Source: a bacterium (GTDB lineage Bacteria > Zhuqueibacterota > Zhuqueibacteria > Residuimicrobiales > Krinioviventaceae). From it: a stretch of DNA of 64,000 bases. The stretch lies in assembly GCA_963675755.2 (NCBI GenBank), contig CAXXMD010000002.1:2080001-2144000 (forward strand), given 5' to 3'. Of this stretch, positions 27,946-38,466 are shown in pieces. Made by a program: the position numbers and the translations under genes. The stretch's first letter is position 1, and each line of letters starts with the position of its first letter. The notes beneath the pieces are model-generated. The model did not search any database, was not told where the DNA came from, and saw only the letters and a program-made list of their open reading frames with translations.

Positions 27946-28713
27946 CTAATCCCTCTTTCCCTGCATCAACCGGGTATATACGCCATGTGGTAACAATTTT
28001 ATAAATTTACCAAACATTGACATACGATACGGAAAGTGGATCTCCAGCTTGCCCTTTTCAAGCCCCCTGATAATCCTCGCAGCCGCCTTGTCTGTCTCCA
28101 TCAAAAATGGCATTTGAAACGTATTCCGGTCCGTGATCTCGGATTTTACAAATCCCGGTGAAATAATCACACAATTCACTCCTGTCTTCCAGAGATCAAT
28201 ACGCAAACTCTCCATCAAATTATACAACGCCGCCTTGCTGGAACAATATGGCGCTGATTCCGGCATCCCACGGTACGCCGCCAAACTCGCAACAGCTGCA
28301 ATGGTACCGCGTTTACGTTCAATCATCCCCGGCAACAGATATTTCAGAAAATACAACGTATGAAAATAATTGACCTTGAATTCATGATGAAAATGGTCCA
28401 GGTTGATATCGTTCACATTAAATCCAAAACTCATTCCAGCGTTCATTAAAAGCAGATCAATCTCGGTTCCCTCTTCCAATAAAGATTCACACACATTCTG
28501 TACTGCTTTTTCATCGCTGACATCACAAGGAAAAAACAAATGCTGATCCAGATTTGGCAAAGACTTTACCAGCTCCAGCAGCCGATCTTCCCGACGTGCT
28601 ACCAGAATTAAGCGATTCCCTTTTTGCGCCAACTGTACTGCCAGTTCCCTGCCAATCCCAGATGACGCTCCCGTGATCAGTATCGTCTTGTTCGATATAG
28701 TTTCGTTACTCAA
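27946..28713 (-). CDS. Short-chain dehydrogenase/reductase
   Basis: TGASSGIG, NAG, YCSSK and PGFVKS motifs. Confidence 0.92.
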   Translation of the reverse strand: MSNETISNKTILITGASSGIGRELAVQLAQKGNRLILVARREDRLLELVKSLPNLDQHLFFPCDVSDEKAVQNVCESLLEEGTEIDLLLMNAGMSFGFNVNDINLDHFHHEFKVNYFHTLYFLKYLLPGMIERKRGTIAAVASLAAYRGMPESAPYCSSKAALYNLMESLRIDLWKTGVNCVIISPGFVKSEITDRNTFQMPFLMETDKAAARIIRGLEKGKLEIHFPYRMSMFGKFIKLLPHGVYTRLMQGKRD

Positions 28714-29395
28714 TTTTATATTCCTTTAATTTTAATGCTTCGTAAACAAAAGAGTTTGATCCCTGTCCCCATTCAAGAAATGAAATCCCAAATTCTTTAA
28801 CAAATTCAACATTGGTCACTTCATAGTACGGATAATAGTCAGTCCCTCTGATATAAAGTGTATCTGTTGTTATTTGGCTAAAATGTTCTAATACGTAATT
28901 ATTGATTGAAAGGTTCCAACTGGTTTCATATTGGATCTCATAAATCACTGTATCATATTTTACTATTTGAAACTGTTTTGAATCAGAATAATTAAAATTC
29001 GTATCCGGTTCAATGGATGGATTATCAAAAAAGTAATGAATGGATATTCCGGCAACCTGTGTATCAACAGTATAATATTCCAGGGTATCAATCAATGCAG
29101 AGTCAATAACAGTCCAACCCATTTCACCGTAAATATCCCATGATTCACCGGAAACACCACTTTTAATTTCTTTATAATAATCATAGGTCCACACATTACC
29201 GGTTTTTATGGGCAGATATGCAATATTCAATCCCTTAATAGGCTCCGGTGCAGGTTCTTCCGGAACAGACACCGTATCAACATCGGTAACTGGTTCAGGT
29301 TCTGATACATTTGATAATGGAATTTTTTCACGTTCGCAAAACATAAAAAGGAGTGAGATGTAAGCAAAAAATAATAGTAATATGATCTTTTTCAT
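28706..29395 (-). CDS. Hypothetical putative lipoprotein
   Basis: Signal ending in Cys, Pro/Glu linker, YLPIKTGNVWTY segment and a GGGGG RBS. Confidence 0.75.
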   Translation of the reverse strand: MKKIILLLFFAYISLLFMFCEREKIPLSNVSEPEPVTDVDTVSVPEEPAPEPIKGLNIAYLPIKTGNVWTYDYYKEIKSGVSGESWDIYGEMGWTVIDSALIDTLEYYTVDTQVAGISIHYFFDNPSIEPDTNFNYSDSKQFQIVKYDTVIYEIQYETSWNLSINNYVLEHFSQITTDTLYIRGTDYYPYYEVTNVEFVKEFGISFLEWGQGSNSFVYEALKLKEYKIE

Positions 29396-29430
29396 GTTCC
29401 CCCCTGGTGCAAGTATGGTACTATAATATA

Positions 29431-30048
29431 TTATCGGAGGTCAATCAATTCGTACTGGTCCATATTGGAAATTTTAAAATCATCTGCGGTGAGTTTGGTA
29501 TCCAAATCCACGGAATCCACAATATAGGTGGTTTCATTCTCATTTGCATCAATCTGCAATACCTTGTTGATCAGTTTAGAGTCCTTGTTCACCCACAAAT
29601 GTACCTGACGTACAAATTCATCCTGGCTTTTCGCTGTCAAATGTAAATGAACAATCCCCGATTTTTCTTCAACCCATTCAGCATTATAATCAGTAACATA
29701 TTTTTCAATAAAGCTCTTTAAAAAAGGTTGATCTCCACCCTGCTTGGCATCATTTACTATCACCTGATTATTGGCATAACTCAGCGTATACAGGGCCTTG
29801 CCATCATTGATGATCAGATTATCGGGATTCTCAAAGCGAAATTTTTCACCATCCTGCACAAATATTTTGCCGGCAATGGTAATCTCTTCTTTTGTCAGTT
29901 TCCATAAAAATTTCTGAGTAAAATGTATGCTTAAATCTTTATTAGATTTATAGGTCTTTTGCACATCTTTTAAAAGATCATTGGCATCATCTTTGGCAAA
30001 TGCCAGAGACACAAAACCAATCAATATCAATACTAAAATTTTCTTCAT
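29431..30048 (-). CDS. lolA: Outer-membrane lipoprotein carrier LolA-family protein
   Basis: Signal MKKILVL..AFA and the FTQ..GKIF...KFRFE...IINDGKALY pattern. Lies downstream of ftsK (conserved synteny). Confidence 0.8.
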   Translation of the reverse strand: MKKILVLILIGFVSLAFAKDDANDLLKDVQKTYKSNKDLSIHFTQKFLWKLTKEEITIAGKIFVQDGEKFRFENPDNLIINDGKALYTLSYANNQVIVNDAKQGGDQPFLKSFIEKYVTDYNAEWVEEKSGIVHLHLTAKSQDEFVRQVHLWVNKDSKLINKVLQIDANENETTYIVDSVDLDTKLTADDFKISNMDQYELIDLR

Positions 30049-30061
30049 TCTCAATGTTCCT

Positions 30062-32554
30062 CTATTCAAGATACTCATCATCATCGTCACTCATATTGTC
30101 CACAGCACCGTTTTCCATAGCTTCCAATTCTTCGGGCGAGATCAAAACTTCTCGCGCTTTACTGCCCTCAAACGGACCTACAACACCTGCGTCTTCCAGT
30201 TCATCAATAATCCTTGCGGCACGTGAATATCCAACTTTGAGGCGTCGCTGTATCAGCGATACTGAACCCTGCTGGTGCCGTACTACCAGTTTGAGTGCTT
30301 CATTAAACAAGGCGTCTCTATCTCCGCTGATTCCACCATAACTGGATGTTTCTTCAGCTTCTGTAAAGAGAGGCAGTGGTTTTTTATCTACCGGAGACTG
30401 ATGACGTATATGTTCAATAATGTTTTCAATCTCGTTCAAGTTTATAAACGCACAATGGATACGAATTGTTTCAGGACTTGCTGGTGGAAGATACAACATA
30501 TCTCCACGACCCAATAATTTTTCAGCTCCGTTTGTATCCAGAATGGTCCGGGAATCAATCTTGGAGGCAACCTGAAATGCCATACGTGCCGGAAAGTTTG
30601 CCTTGATCACACCTGTAATGACATCAACAGAAGGACGTTGTGTTGCTAAAATCAAATGGATCCCCACAGCACGAGACATCTGGGCCAATCTTGCAATAGG
30701 CTCTTCAACCTCTTTTGAGGCTTGCGAAGTCATCATCAAATCCGCCAGCTCATCAACAATGACGACCATATAGGGCAAAGTTTTCGTTTCTTCTTCACCT
30801 TCTGCCTGGTATATGCCATCACGAATACGTTCATTATATTCTTCTATATTCCTAACACCCGCTCCGGCCAGTTTTTCATAACGTCGTTCCATTTCCTGCT
30901 CAACAGATTTAAAGACCTGTATAGCAGACTTGGCCGATGTAGCTACTTTTTCCTTCGATCCCTGCACATAGCTCAAATGGTGCCTGAACAATTTGGCATA
31001 ATTTGACAATTCCAGTCGCTTCGGATCAATCAGTACAAACTGCACTTCTTCCGGTGTGGACTTGTACAAAAAGCTCATAATGATGGTATTCAAGCATACA
31101 CTCTTACCTGATCCGGTAGCACCCGCAACAAGCAAGTGTGGCATTTTAGCAAGATCGGCAATAAACGGTTTGCCTGATATCGTTTTACCCACAGCTATGG
31201 TCAGCGGAGATTTGGCTTCCTGAAATTCAGGTGTCTCTACAATTTCCCTAAGGAATACGGTTGCCGGATTCATGTTCGGCAATTCCACTCCCACTGCCGC
31301 CTTACCGGGCACAGGCGCAACAATACGGATGCGTTTCGCCCGCATGGTCATAGCAAGATCGTCTGCTAATGCGGTAATTCGTGATACTTTGACACCGGGA
31401 GCCGGTTCAAGTTCATATCGGGTAATCACAGGCCCGGGATGAATTTCCAATACAGTGGTTTTGATTCCAAAATCCGCCAGCTTGTCTTCAAGCATCCGTG
31501 CATTAGCCTGAAGCATATCTTCATCCACATAATCTTCCTGTTCATCAGGATAAAACATCAGATCCGTTGGTGGCTTTTCATAGGGTCTACCGGGAGGTGG
31601 TGGCGGTTCTTCATCCAAATCCACTTCATCTTCTTCAGATGTTTTCGCTTTATTACCCAGTTCCAGATTCAACTGTTCTTTCAAAGCCCCAATCTTTGCA
31701 GGATCAATAGGTGCTTTTTGCTGCTGCAACTCTTCGTCATATCCGGGATCCGATTCACCATACTCGGGATCATAATCAATAACAGGCTTGGGTTCGGGTC
31801 GGCCAAATATTTTAGGCTTGACTGGTACAGGCGGTTCTTCTTCCTCTTCGTCAACCTCGGGTTTCCGTACATTTTCACGCTGGTGCCGTACCAATGCCGG
31901 ACGCGGACGTTTTTGTTTTGCCGGTGTTTTAAAACTCTTTTTGAGGAAAATACCAGCCTGAAAGAAGAATTTGGTTAAAAATGTACTGATTATATTGTAC
32001 AATTCGGCAAAACTGAATGTGGTAGACAATAAAACCGTGACCATTATAATACCAATCAATACCACAACCGCACCAGACTTGCCAAAAATAATAACAAGCA
32101 ACTGCGCGCCCATTCCACCGAAACGCCCGGAAAACTCGAATGCAGGTGAACTGCCAACCGAGGATATTACATCATGCAGGGCAAAACCAATAGAGAGTAA
32201 AAATGCAAACAAAAAGGTCATTCCGGTCCATCTTGCCAACTCGTAAGGGCTTTTCCCGATCAACCGGTTAATACCCCAGGCTATCACGAAAAATGGCAGT
32301 ACCAGAACAGGGAAACCAATGGTCCAGTGGATCAAATAATAAGCCACATAAACTCCGGCAATTCCCAATCCGTTTTTAATCAATCCCGGATGTTCAATAT
32401 TATTCGGTGCTTCTCCTGGTTCATAGGTAAACAGTGCAATCAGCATCAGAATACCCATCAGGATCAGCAACAACCCAATCAACTCTTCCTGTTTTCTGTC
32501 CGGCAATGAAGCTCCGGAATATTTTACAGTTTTTTTCTTTTTTGCGTTTCTCAT
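30062..32554 (-). CDS. ftsK: DNA translocase FtsK
   Basis: N-terminal TMs, PHLLVAGATGSGKS, VDELADLM, LATQRPSVDVITG and gamma domain QRRLKVGYSRAAR. Confidence 0.97.
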   Translation of the reverse strand: MRNAKKKKTVKYSGASLPDRKQEELIGLLLILMGILMLIALFTYEPGEAPNNIEHPGLIKNGLGIAGVYVAYYLIHWTIGFPVLVLPFFVIAWGINRLIGKSPYELARWTGMTFLFAFLLSIGFALHDVISSVGSSPAFEFSGRFGGMGAQLLVIIFGKSGAVVVLIGIIMVTVLLSTTFSFAELYNIISTFLTKFFFQAGIFLKKSFKTPAKQKRPRPALVRHQRENVRKPEVDEEEEEPPVPVKPKIFGRPEPKPVIDYDPEYGESDPGYDEELQQQKAPIDPAKIGALKEQLNLELGNKAKTSEEDEVDLDEEPPPPPGRPYEKPPTDLMFYPDEQEDYVDEDMLQANARMLEDKLADFGIKTTVLEIHPGPVITRYELEPAPGVKVSRITALADDLAMTMRAKRIRIVAPVPGKAAVGVELPNMNPATVFLREIVETPEFQEAKSPLTIAVGKTISGKPFIADLAKMPHLLVAGATGSGKSVCLNTIIMSFLYKSTPEEVQFVLIDPKRLELSNYAKLFRHHLSYVQGSKEKVATSAKSAIQVFKSVEQEMERRYEKLAGAGVRNIEEYNERIRDGIYQAEGEEETKTLPYMVVIVDELADLMMTSQASKEVEEPIARLAQMSRAVGIHLILATQRPSVDVITGVIKANFPARMAFQVASKIDSRTILDTNGAEKLLGRGDMLYLPPASPETIRIHCAFINLNEIENIIEHIRHQSPVDKKPLPLFTEAEETSSYGGISGDRDALFNEALKLVVRHQQGSVSLIQRRLKVGYSRAARIIDELEDAGVVGPFEGSKAREVLISPEELEAMENGAVDNMSDDDDEYLE

Positions 32555-32558
32555 ATCC

Positions 32559-33293
32559 TCAGGGTGCTAATTTAACAACACGTTTATCAAATACCATATT
32601 TAAATCATAAAAATCTTTTTGTGAACAGAATCGTAAATCCTTTTCAAATCCAATTTCTTGTAAATACCGCCCATGCTTGCTTTGCAGCATCATATTGAAC
32701 AGATCATTTTCATACTGTTCTGCCTGTTCGATGAAAGGGAGTTCAGTGCTATCCAAATGAAACCGCTTTTCAATATTTGCAATTTCCCGGGCCAGCAAAC
32801 CCGCACATACCGTATCTTCCAAAGTGGGCTTTCCATTCGTACCCGCGCATAAAATATTAACATCTTGATCATGTCCGGCAGCAGCTTTGGCTATTGCACT
32901 CAAATTCAACAGAGATGCAATATAAATCCAATCTGCAGATAATGCATGCTGCATTGCTTTGGTGCCGTTTGATGTAGTCCAGACCAGAGTTTTATCTTTA
33001 ATAATGGAACGCTGGTACTCTAATGGAGAATTCCCAAAATCGAATCCTTCAATTTTCACACCTTTGCGCTCTCCACACAACTTAACCGATTGTGGCAAAA
33101 GTTTATCTCTGAGAGCAAACGCGTCCTGCACATCAACAACAGGATAAATCTCTTTGCATCCATGGTTCAATGCCGCAGCCATACTTGATGTTGCACGCAG
33201 CACATCTATCACAATAGCTACCGATCCTTTTAATGCGAACGGTTCAACATGTTCCGGTATTTCAAAGATCCGTATATTTGGTTCTTGCATCAA
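32559..33293 (-). CDS. comB: 2-phosphosulfolactate phosphatase family
   Basis: VIDVLRATS, GERKG..FDFGNSP, TTSNGT and LEDTVCAG. Confidence 0.92.
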   Translation of the reverse strand: MMQEPNIRIFEIPEHVEPFALKGSVAIVIDVLRATSSMAAALNHGCKEIYPVVDVQDAFALRDKLLPQSVKLCGERKGVKIEGFDFGNSPLEYQRSIIKDKTLVWTTSNGTKAMQHALSADWIYIASLLNLSAIAKAAAGHDQDVNILCAGTNGKPTLEDTVCAGLLAREIANIEKRFHLDSTELPFIEQAEQYENDLFNMMLQSKHGRYLQEIGFEKDLRFCSQKDFYDLNMVFDKRVVKLAP

Positions 33294-33294
33294 A

Positions 33295-34383
33295 TCAAAC
33301 AGATGTTTTATAAAACGGCGGTTTTACTACAGTTGCAGGTACCGCCTTGTTACGTATCATAATATCAATTTCAGTTCCAAATTTAGTATGTGGTCTGTTT
33401 ACATACCCCATACCAATACCTTTTTCAAGCATGGGTGAAAATGTACCACTGGTAACAGCACCAACTTCAGCACCATCTTTTGTAATGGTATATCCATGAC
33501 GAGGAAACGCACGGTCATTCAACTCGAACGCAACCAGTCTGCGTGTGGGGCCATCTTCCAGCATTTTCACAATAGCGTCACGGCCTATAAAATCACCCTT
33601 GTCTGCTTTGGTAATCCAGCCCAATCCTGCTTCAATTGGATTGGTGGTTTTATCAATATCATTGCCGTAAAGGCAATATTTCATTTCAAGTCTCAGTGTA
33701 TCTCTGGCACCCAATCCTACGGGTTCAATATCAAAAGGTTTACCCGCTTCCATGAGTGCGTTCCAGATCTGCAATGAATATTGTTTAGTGAAACACAATT
33801 CAAATCCCGCTTCACCGGTATAACCGGTACGTGAGATCAACATATCTACACCGTCAACCTTGCCCGGCAGAGTCCAGTAATATACTATATCACCAACAGG
33901 CACATCTGTCAGCTTTTGCAAAATTTCAATGGATTTGGGACCCTGCAATGCCAGCAGAGATGTATCGTCGCTAATGTTCTCCAACTCTACATCACCCAAT
34001 TTATGTTCAACAGCCCAGTTCCAGTCTTTTTCAAGATTGGCGGCATTAACAATCATCATATAATGATCATCCATCTTGTAAACCAGCAAATCATCAACAA
34101 TACCACCATCATCATAACACATGGCAGAGTATTGTACCTGGTTTACCTGCAAGCTGGCAACATCATTAATTGTAATACGCTGTAAAAATGCTTCTGCATC
34201 TTTACCTCGGACGAGAAATTCACCCATATGCGAAACATCAAACAACCCCGCCGTGGTACGAACACGTTTATGTTCATCAATAATACCTTTGTATTGTATA
34301 GGCATAGCATACCCGGCAAATTCTACAATCTTGGCACCTGCATCAACATGCACATCATAGAATCCGGTTTTTTTAATTTCCAC
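33295..34383 (-). CDS. gcvT: Glycine cleavage system aminomethyltransferase
   Basis: LFDVSHMGE, ALQGP, SRTGYTGE and GLGARDTLRLE. Confidence 0.97.
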   Translation of the reverse strand: MEIKKTGFYDVHVDAGAKIVEFAGYAMPIQYKGIIDEHKRVRTTAGLFDVSHMGEFLVRGKDAEAFLQRITINDVASLQVNQVQYSAMCYDDGGIVDDLLVYKMDDHYMMIVNAANLEKDWNWAVEHKLGDVELENISDDTSLLALQGPKSIEILQKLTDVPVGDIVYYWTLPGKVDGVDMLISRTGYTGEAGFELCFTKQYSLQIWNALMEAGKPFDIEPVGLGARDTLRLEMKYCLYGNDIDKTTNPIEAGLGWITKADKGDFIGRDAIVKMLEDGPTRRLVAFELNDRAFPRHGYTITKDGAEVGAVTSGTFSPMLEKGIGMGYVNRPHTKFGTEIDIMIRNKAVPATVVKPPFYKTSV

Positions 34384-34486
34384 GTCCGGCTCCTTTCAAG
34401 TTATAAGATAATGTAAAACATAAAGTAATATTTATATAGGAGAGTGTCAAGTTTATTTTAAGTTTATGAATAAAGTGGAGAAAACT

Positions 34487-34514
34487 AAAACCCGGCAGAA
34501 TATCTACCGGGTTT
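34487..34514 (-). terminator. Rho-independent terminator after rseP
   Basis: Minus strand AAACCCGGTAGA-TAT-TCTGCCGGGTTTT. Confidence 0.75.
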
Positions 34515-34527
34515 CATATAAAATTCT

Positions 34528-35610
34528 TTACGGAATGAGACGAGATACGTCGTTAAAGATCACAAAAACCATGAGCGCAAGTAATAAAGCCAAACCAATC
34601 TGTTGTACCATCAGCTTGATTTTGATGGATAAGGGTTTGCGCATAATTCCTTCAATCAAAATAAACACCAGGTGTCCACCATCAAGGACAGGTAATGGCA
34701 GTAAATTCAGCAATCCCAGGTTAATGCTCAACATTGCCGCAAATCCCATTAAATAGTTAAATCCTGCAGAAGCCTGCTCTCCTGTCATTTTGGCAATAGC
34801 AATAGGACCGCCAATACTTTCTTTAAAAGGAACCTGACCGCTGAACAACAGCCCAAAAGACTCACCAATCATGACTGTCATATTCCAGGTCATTTTGGTT
34901 CCAATCCAAAACGCCTCAAAAATACCAGGTTGCCGGATCTCGGTTACCGGGCCAACCCCAATCAAACCAATTTCATGAATCGGGTCCAGAACAGGAACAA
35001 CCGTTCCCGACATGGCTTCACCGTTTCGTTCCCATTCAATCAAAACTTCTTTTTCAGGTACATTATGAATAATTGCTACCAGATCATCCCATTTTTGGAT
35101 CTCCTGACCCTGTATGGCAGTAATTACATCACCCTCTTCCAGGCCAATCTTTGCAGCCGGCATATCATTCATAACAGAGCCAATAATGGGGGTCATGGGT
35201 TCAACAGGCTCGTTAATACCGTTAATTAACACGCTACCCATAAAAATAAACATGGCTAATAAAAAGTTGAAAAACGGTCCCGCAAAAATTACCAGCATTT
35301 TTGCCCACATGGGTTTCGACATAAACTCCCAGGGCTCGCCTTTAATGCTGTCACTTTCCAGACTCTCGTCAACCATTCCCGACATTTTAACATATCCACC
35401 AATGGGTAAGGCGGAAATACAATAATCGGTATCACCAATTTTTTTACCAAACAAACGAGGTGGGAATCCAATAGAAAATCGTTCTACCCGAATCCCTACC
35501 AGTTTTGCTAAAAGAAAATGTCCCAACTCATGGACTACTATCAGCAGTCCCAATACAAAAATAAAAGGTATTAAATATGTCCCTGTAAAATGTAAAACAC
35601 TATCCATCAC
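34528..35610 (-). CDS. rseP: RIP metalloprotease RseP
   Basis: HELGH, GGYVKM, AGPFFN, a PDZ domain and NLLPLPVLDGG. Confidence 0.96.
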   Translation of the reverse strand: MMDSVLHFTGTYLIPFIFVLGLLIVVHELGHFLLAKLVGIRVERFSIGFPPRLFGKKIGDTDYCISALPIGGYVKMSGMVDESLESDSIKGEPWEFMSKPMWAKMLVIFAGPFFNFLLAMFIFMGSVLINGINEPVEPMTPIIGSVMNDMPAAKIGLEEGDVITAIQGQEIQKWDDLVAIIHNVPEKEVLIEWERNGEAMSGTVVPVLDPIHEIGLIGVGPVTEIRQPGIFEAFWIGTKMTWNMTVMIGESFGLLFSGQVPFKESIGGPIAIAKMTGEQASAGFNYLMGFAAMLSINLGLLNLLPLPVLDGGHLVFILIEGIMRKPLSIKIKLMVQQIGLALLLALMVFVIFNDVSRLIP

Positions 35611-35677
35611 GTTCCCTTGTTTATATCCTATAATTTGTCATATATTTGACGTACAAAACAGTCAAAAGGTTCATTTT

Positions 35678-36842
35678 TTATGAAAAATATTTATAAATAT
35701 CTGACCTTGCCAATAAATCCGCTTCTACCAGTGTTTCCTTGTCCGGATTTTGTATAACAGTATGTTCATTCAAAGCACGCTCAATCGCTTCCGGAATTTG
35801 CATAAATCCAATCTTTTTCTTTAGAAACAGGTCAACAGCGGCTTCATTTGCCGCATTCATAACAGCAGGAGCCGTTCCTCCTGTTGCAATCGCCTCAAAT
35901 GCAATTTTCAAAGCCCTGAATTTCTCAAGATCCGGCACCTGAAATGTCAGATCAATTATATCGCAAAAATCGAGCCGTTCAAAATCTGATTCTATCCGAT
36001 CCGGATAGGTCAATGCCAACTGAATAGGTACTTTCATATCCGGAACACCCATTTGTGCTTTAATGGATCCATCACAAAACGCTACCATAGAATGGATAAT
36101 GGATTGTGGATGAATAACCACCTGGATCTTTTCAACCGGCATACCAAATAACCAGCGCGCCTCTATCACTTCCAATCCCTTGTTCATCATGGTTGCGGAA
36201 TCAATGGTGATCTTGGCGCCCATATCCCAATTGGGATGTTTTTAACGCCTGCTCAACCGTAACCTGCTTCATCTCTTCAAGGGTAAAATTGCGGAACGGG
36301 CCACCCGATGCGGTCAAAATTATTTTTTCCACACTCTCCATAGACTCACCCATCAGACACTGAAAGATTGCACTGTGCTCACTGTCTATGGGATAAATAG
36401 AACAACCATTTTGTGCTGCCGATTCCATTATCAGCTCGCCGCCAATAACCAGAGTTTCCTTGTTTGCAAGGGCAATATCTTTTTCCCGTTCAAGAGCGGT
36501 CAGGGTAGGCAAAAAACCCGCACTGCCTACAATGGAATTTACCAGCAAATCATATTCCGATTCCTGCACAATGCGCTGTAAACAATCGGGTCCGGTAAAC
36601 AATCTTACACCCAGCTCGGCAAACGCTGCATGCTGTTCAAGAGAGGGCTCTACTCCGGATACGGCAACAAATTCAGGTTTGAATGCCTTGACCATATCGA
36701 TCAAAAATTCAACATTACTGTGAACACTCAACGCTGAAATCGAAAACCGATCAGGATTTTGCCGGACAATTTGCAAACAATTCTGTCCAATAGAACCGCT
36801 GCACCCCAACAGGGTTAATGCTTTTTTATTTATTTCACTCAT
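35678..36842 (-). pseudogene. dxr: 1-deoxy-D-xylulose-5-phosphate reductoisomerase split by a +1 frameshift (probable sequencing error)
   Basis: N-half (GCSGSIG, LANKE, PIDSEH, LTASGGPF) and C-half ([18 protein letters not shown]) rejoin as [10 protein letters not shown] if one T is removed from the T5 run at 36239-36243. Confidence 0.9.
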
Positions 36843-37658
36843 GAATAGATACGGTTTTAATTTTTTCTACGGTTTTGACTTCCCTGGGTGTCAGTTCAGT
36901 TTCTAAAAATTTTATATACAATTTTTCTTCAAACCCGCTTTTAATAGCTGCCGCAAGATCTGAATATGAAACAGTATTGCCATTACTTAGATCATTCAGG
37001 CAAATGGTCTTTTTCATCATAAACGACTTTATTTTTTCTTTGGCTTCACTGCTCTTGCCCGACAAGTAATTCGCAATATCCAAATGATCATTTCCAATCA
37101 AAATAGACCCATGCTGCAAAACAACGCCATTTAACCGACGTTGGGCACTTCCAACCAGCTTTTTACCTTGATAACTGATTTCATGCTGCACGGTAGAAGC
37201 ATAACACATGGATGACAATTCCCCTTTTGAAAAATCCTTGGGAGTTTGCACCGCACGTTCAAACTCTACCGGAAAATTAAGCATATTCAAACCGGCAACA
37301 AGGCATTGGCTGATTTCCTCATAAACCTTGCTAATCTCTTTTTCATAATACTGGCTTGATTCCGGCATAATAACCGAATAGGTCAACTCATCAGCATGCA
37401 ATATAGCTCTTCCACCGGTTGGTCGGGATACAATATCAATTCCCTTTTCACGGCATAACTCTAGATCAATTTCTTCTTTCCTTTGATGATATCCCAGTGA
37501 AATTGCGTGAGGAGTCCACCCATACAGTCTCAAAATCGGGTACCGCTTTCCGAAGACATACACTCTGCCAAAGCAACATCTATGGCCATATTGGTTTCGC
37601 CATCCAGAAAACCGGAATTGATGAATCGCCATGTTTCCTGATGCCCGTTACTAGTCAT
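36835..37658 (-). pseudogene. Lipoate-protein ligase A / LipM-like protein split by a -1 frameshift (probable sequencing error)
   Basis: ATG 37658 gives MTSNGHQETWRFINSGFLDGETNMAIDVALA, which is out of frame with PILRLYGW...RPTGGRAILH...KLVGSAQ...LQHGS. One extra G at 37538-37540 restores the frame. Confidence 0.85.
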
Positions 37659-38436
37659 CGCTTCCCTTGATCAGTCCACGGTCAGAATTCTCAATAAAAG
37701 CCAATACATTCTCAACTTCGGGCAGCATTTCCACTTCATTACGAATACGTTCTACTGCCTGGCTCACGTTCAAATGAGAACGGAACAACAGTTTATAAGT
37801 AGCTTTTAATGATTTTATCACAGGCAACTTGAATCCACGTCTACGCAAACCAATGGAATTCAAACCATGAAACTGTAATGGCTCACCGGCACAGGTGATA
37901 TATGGCGGAACATCCTGTACTGCACGAAATCCACCACCTATCATAGAGTGTCTTCCAACTTTGCAAAACTGGTGTACGGGTGTCATACCGCCTATAATAG
38001 CAAAATCCTCAATTACAACATGTCCGCCGAGTTGTACACCATTGGCAAGGATAACATCATCACCAATTACCGTATCATGCCCAACATGAGTATATGCCAT
38101 CAGCAAACAATTGCTGCCAATCTCACTTTTGCCTGAAGCATGTGTTCCACGGTTCAACGTGACACATTCACGTATGGTAGTATTATTACCAATAATAAAA
38201 AGGCTTTCTTCGCCGCCAAATTTTAAATCCTGGGGAATATTGGCAATCGCAGCGCCCTGGTGTATATTGCAATTTTCACCAATTCTGGCACCATTGTAGA
38301 TATGCACACTGGTACCAATCCGGGTACCATTACCAATTACAACATCCCCTTCAATAATAGAAAAGGCCCCTATGGAGACATTGTCTCCAATTTGGGCCTT
38401 GGGATCAACTATAGCTGTATTATGTATTTCTGACAA
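37651..38436 (-). CDS. lpxA: UDP-N-acetylglucosamine acyltransferase
   Basis: Hexapeptide repeats, PQDLKF, HVGHD and VHQFCKVG. Confidence 0.96.
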   Translation of the reverse strand: MSEIHNTAIVDPKAQIGDNVSIGAFSIIEGDVVIGNGTRIGTSVHIYNGARIGENCNIHQGAAIANIPQDLKFGGEESLFIIGNNTTIRECVTLNRGTHASGKSEIGSNCLLMAYTHVGHDTVIGDDVILANGVQLGGHVVIEDFAIIGGMTPVHQFCKVGRHSMIGGGFRAVQDVPPYITCAGEPLQFHGLNSIGLRRRGFKLPVIKSLKATYKLLFRSHLNVSQAVERIRNEVEMLPEVENVLAFIENSDRGLIKGSDD

Positions 38437-38466
38437 GTTTATTCCCTTACTAAATTAATTGCTCCG

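Noticed and set aside
36224-36243. Programmed frameshift in dxr (A-run followed by palindrome ATCCCAATTGGGAT)
   Set aside because: The palindrome simply encodes the conserved HPNWD, the shift needed is +1, and a second nearby indel points to sequencing error.
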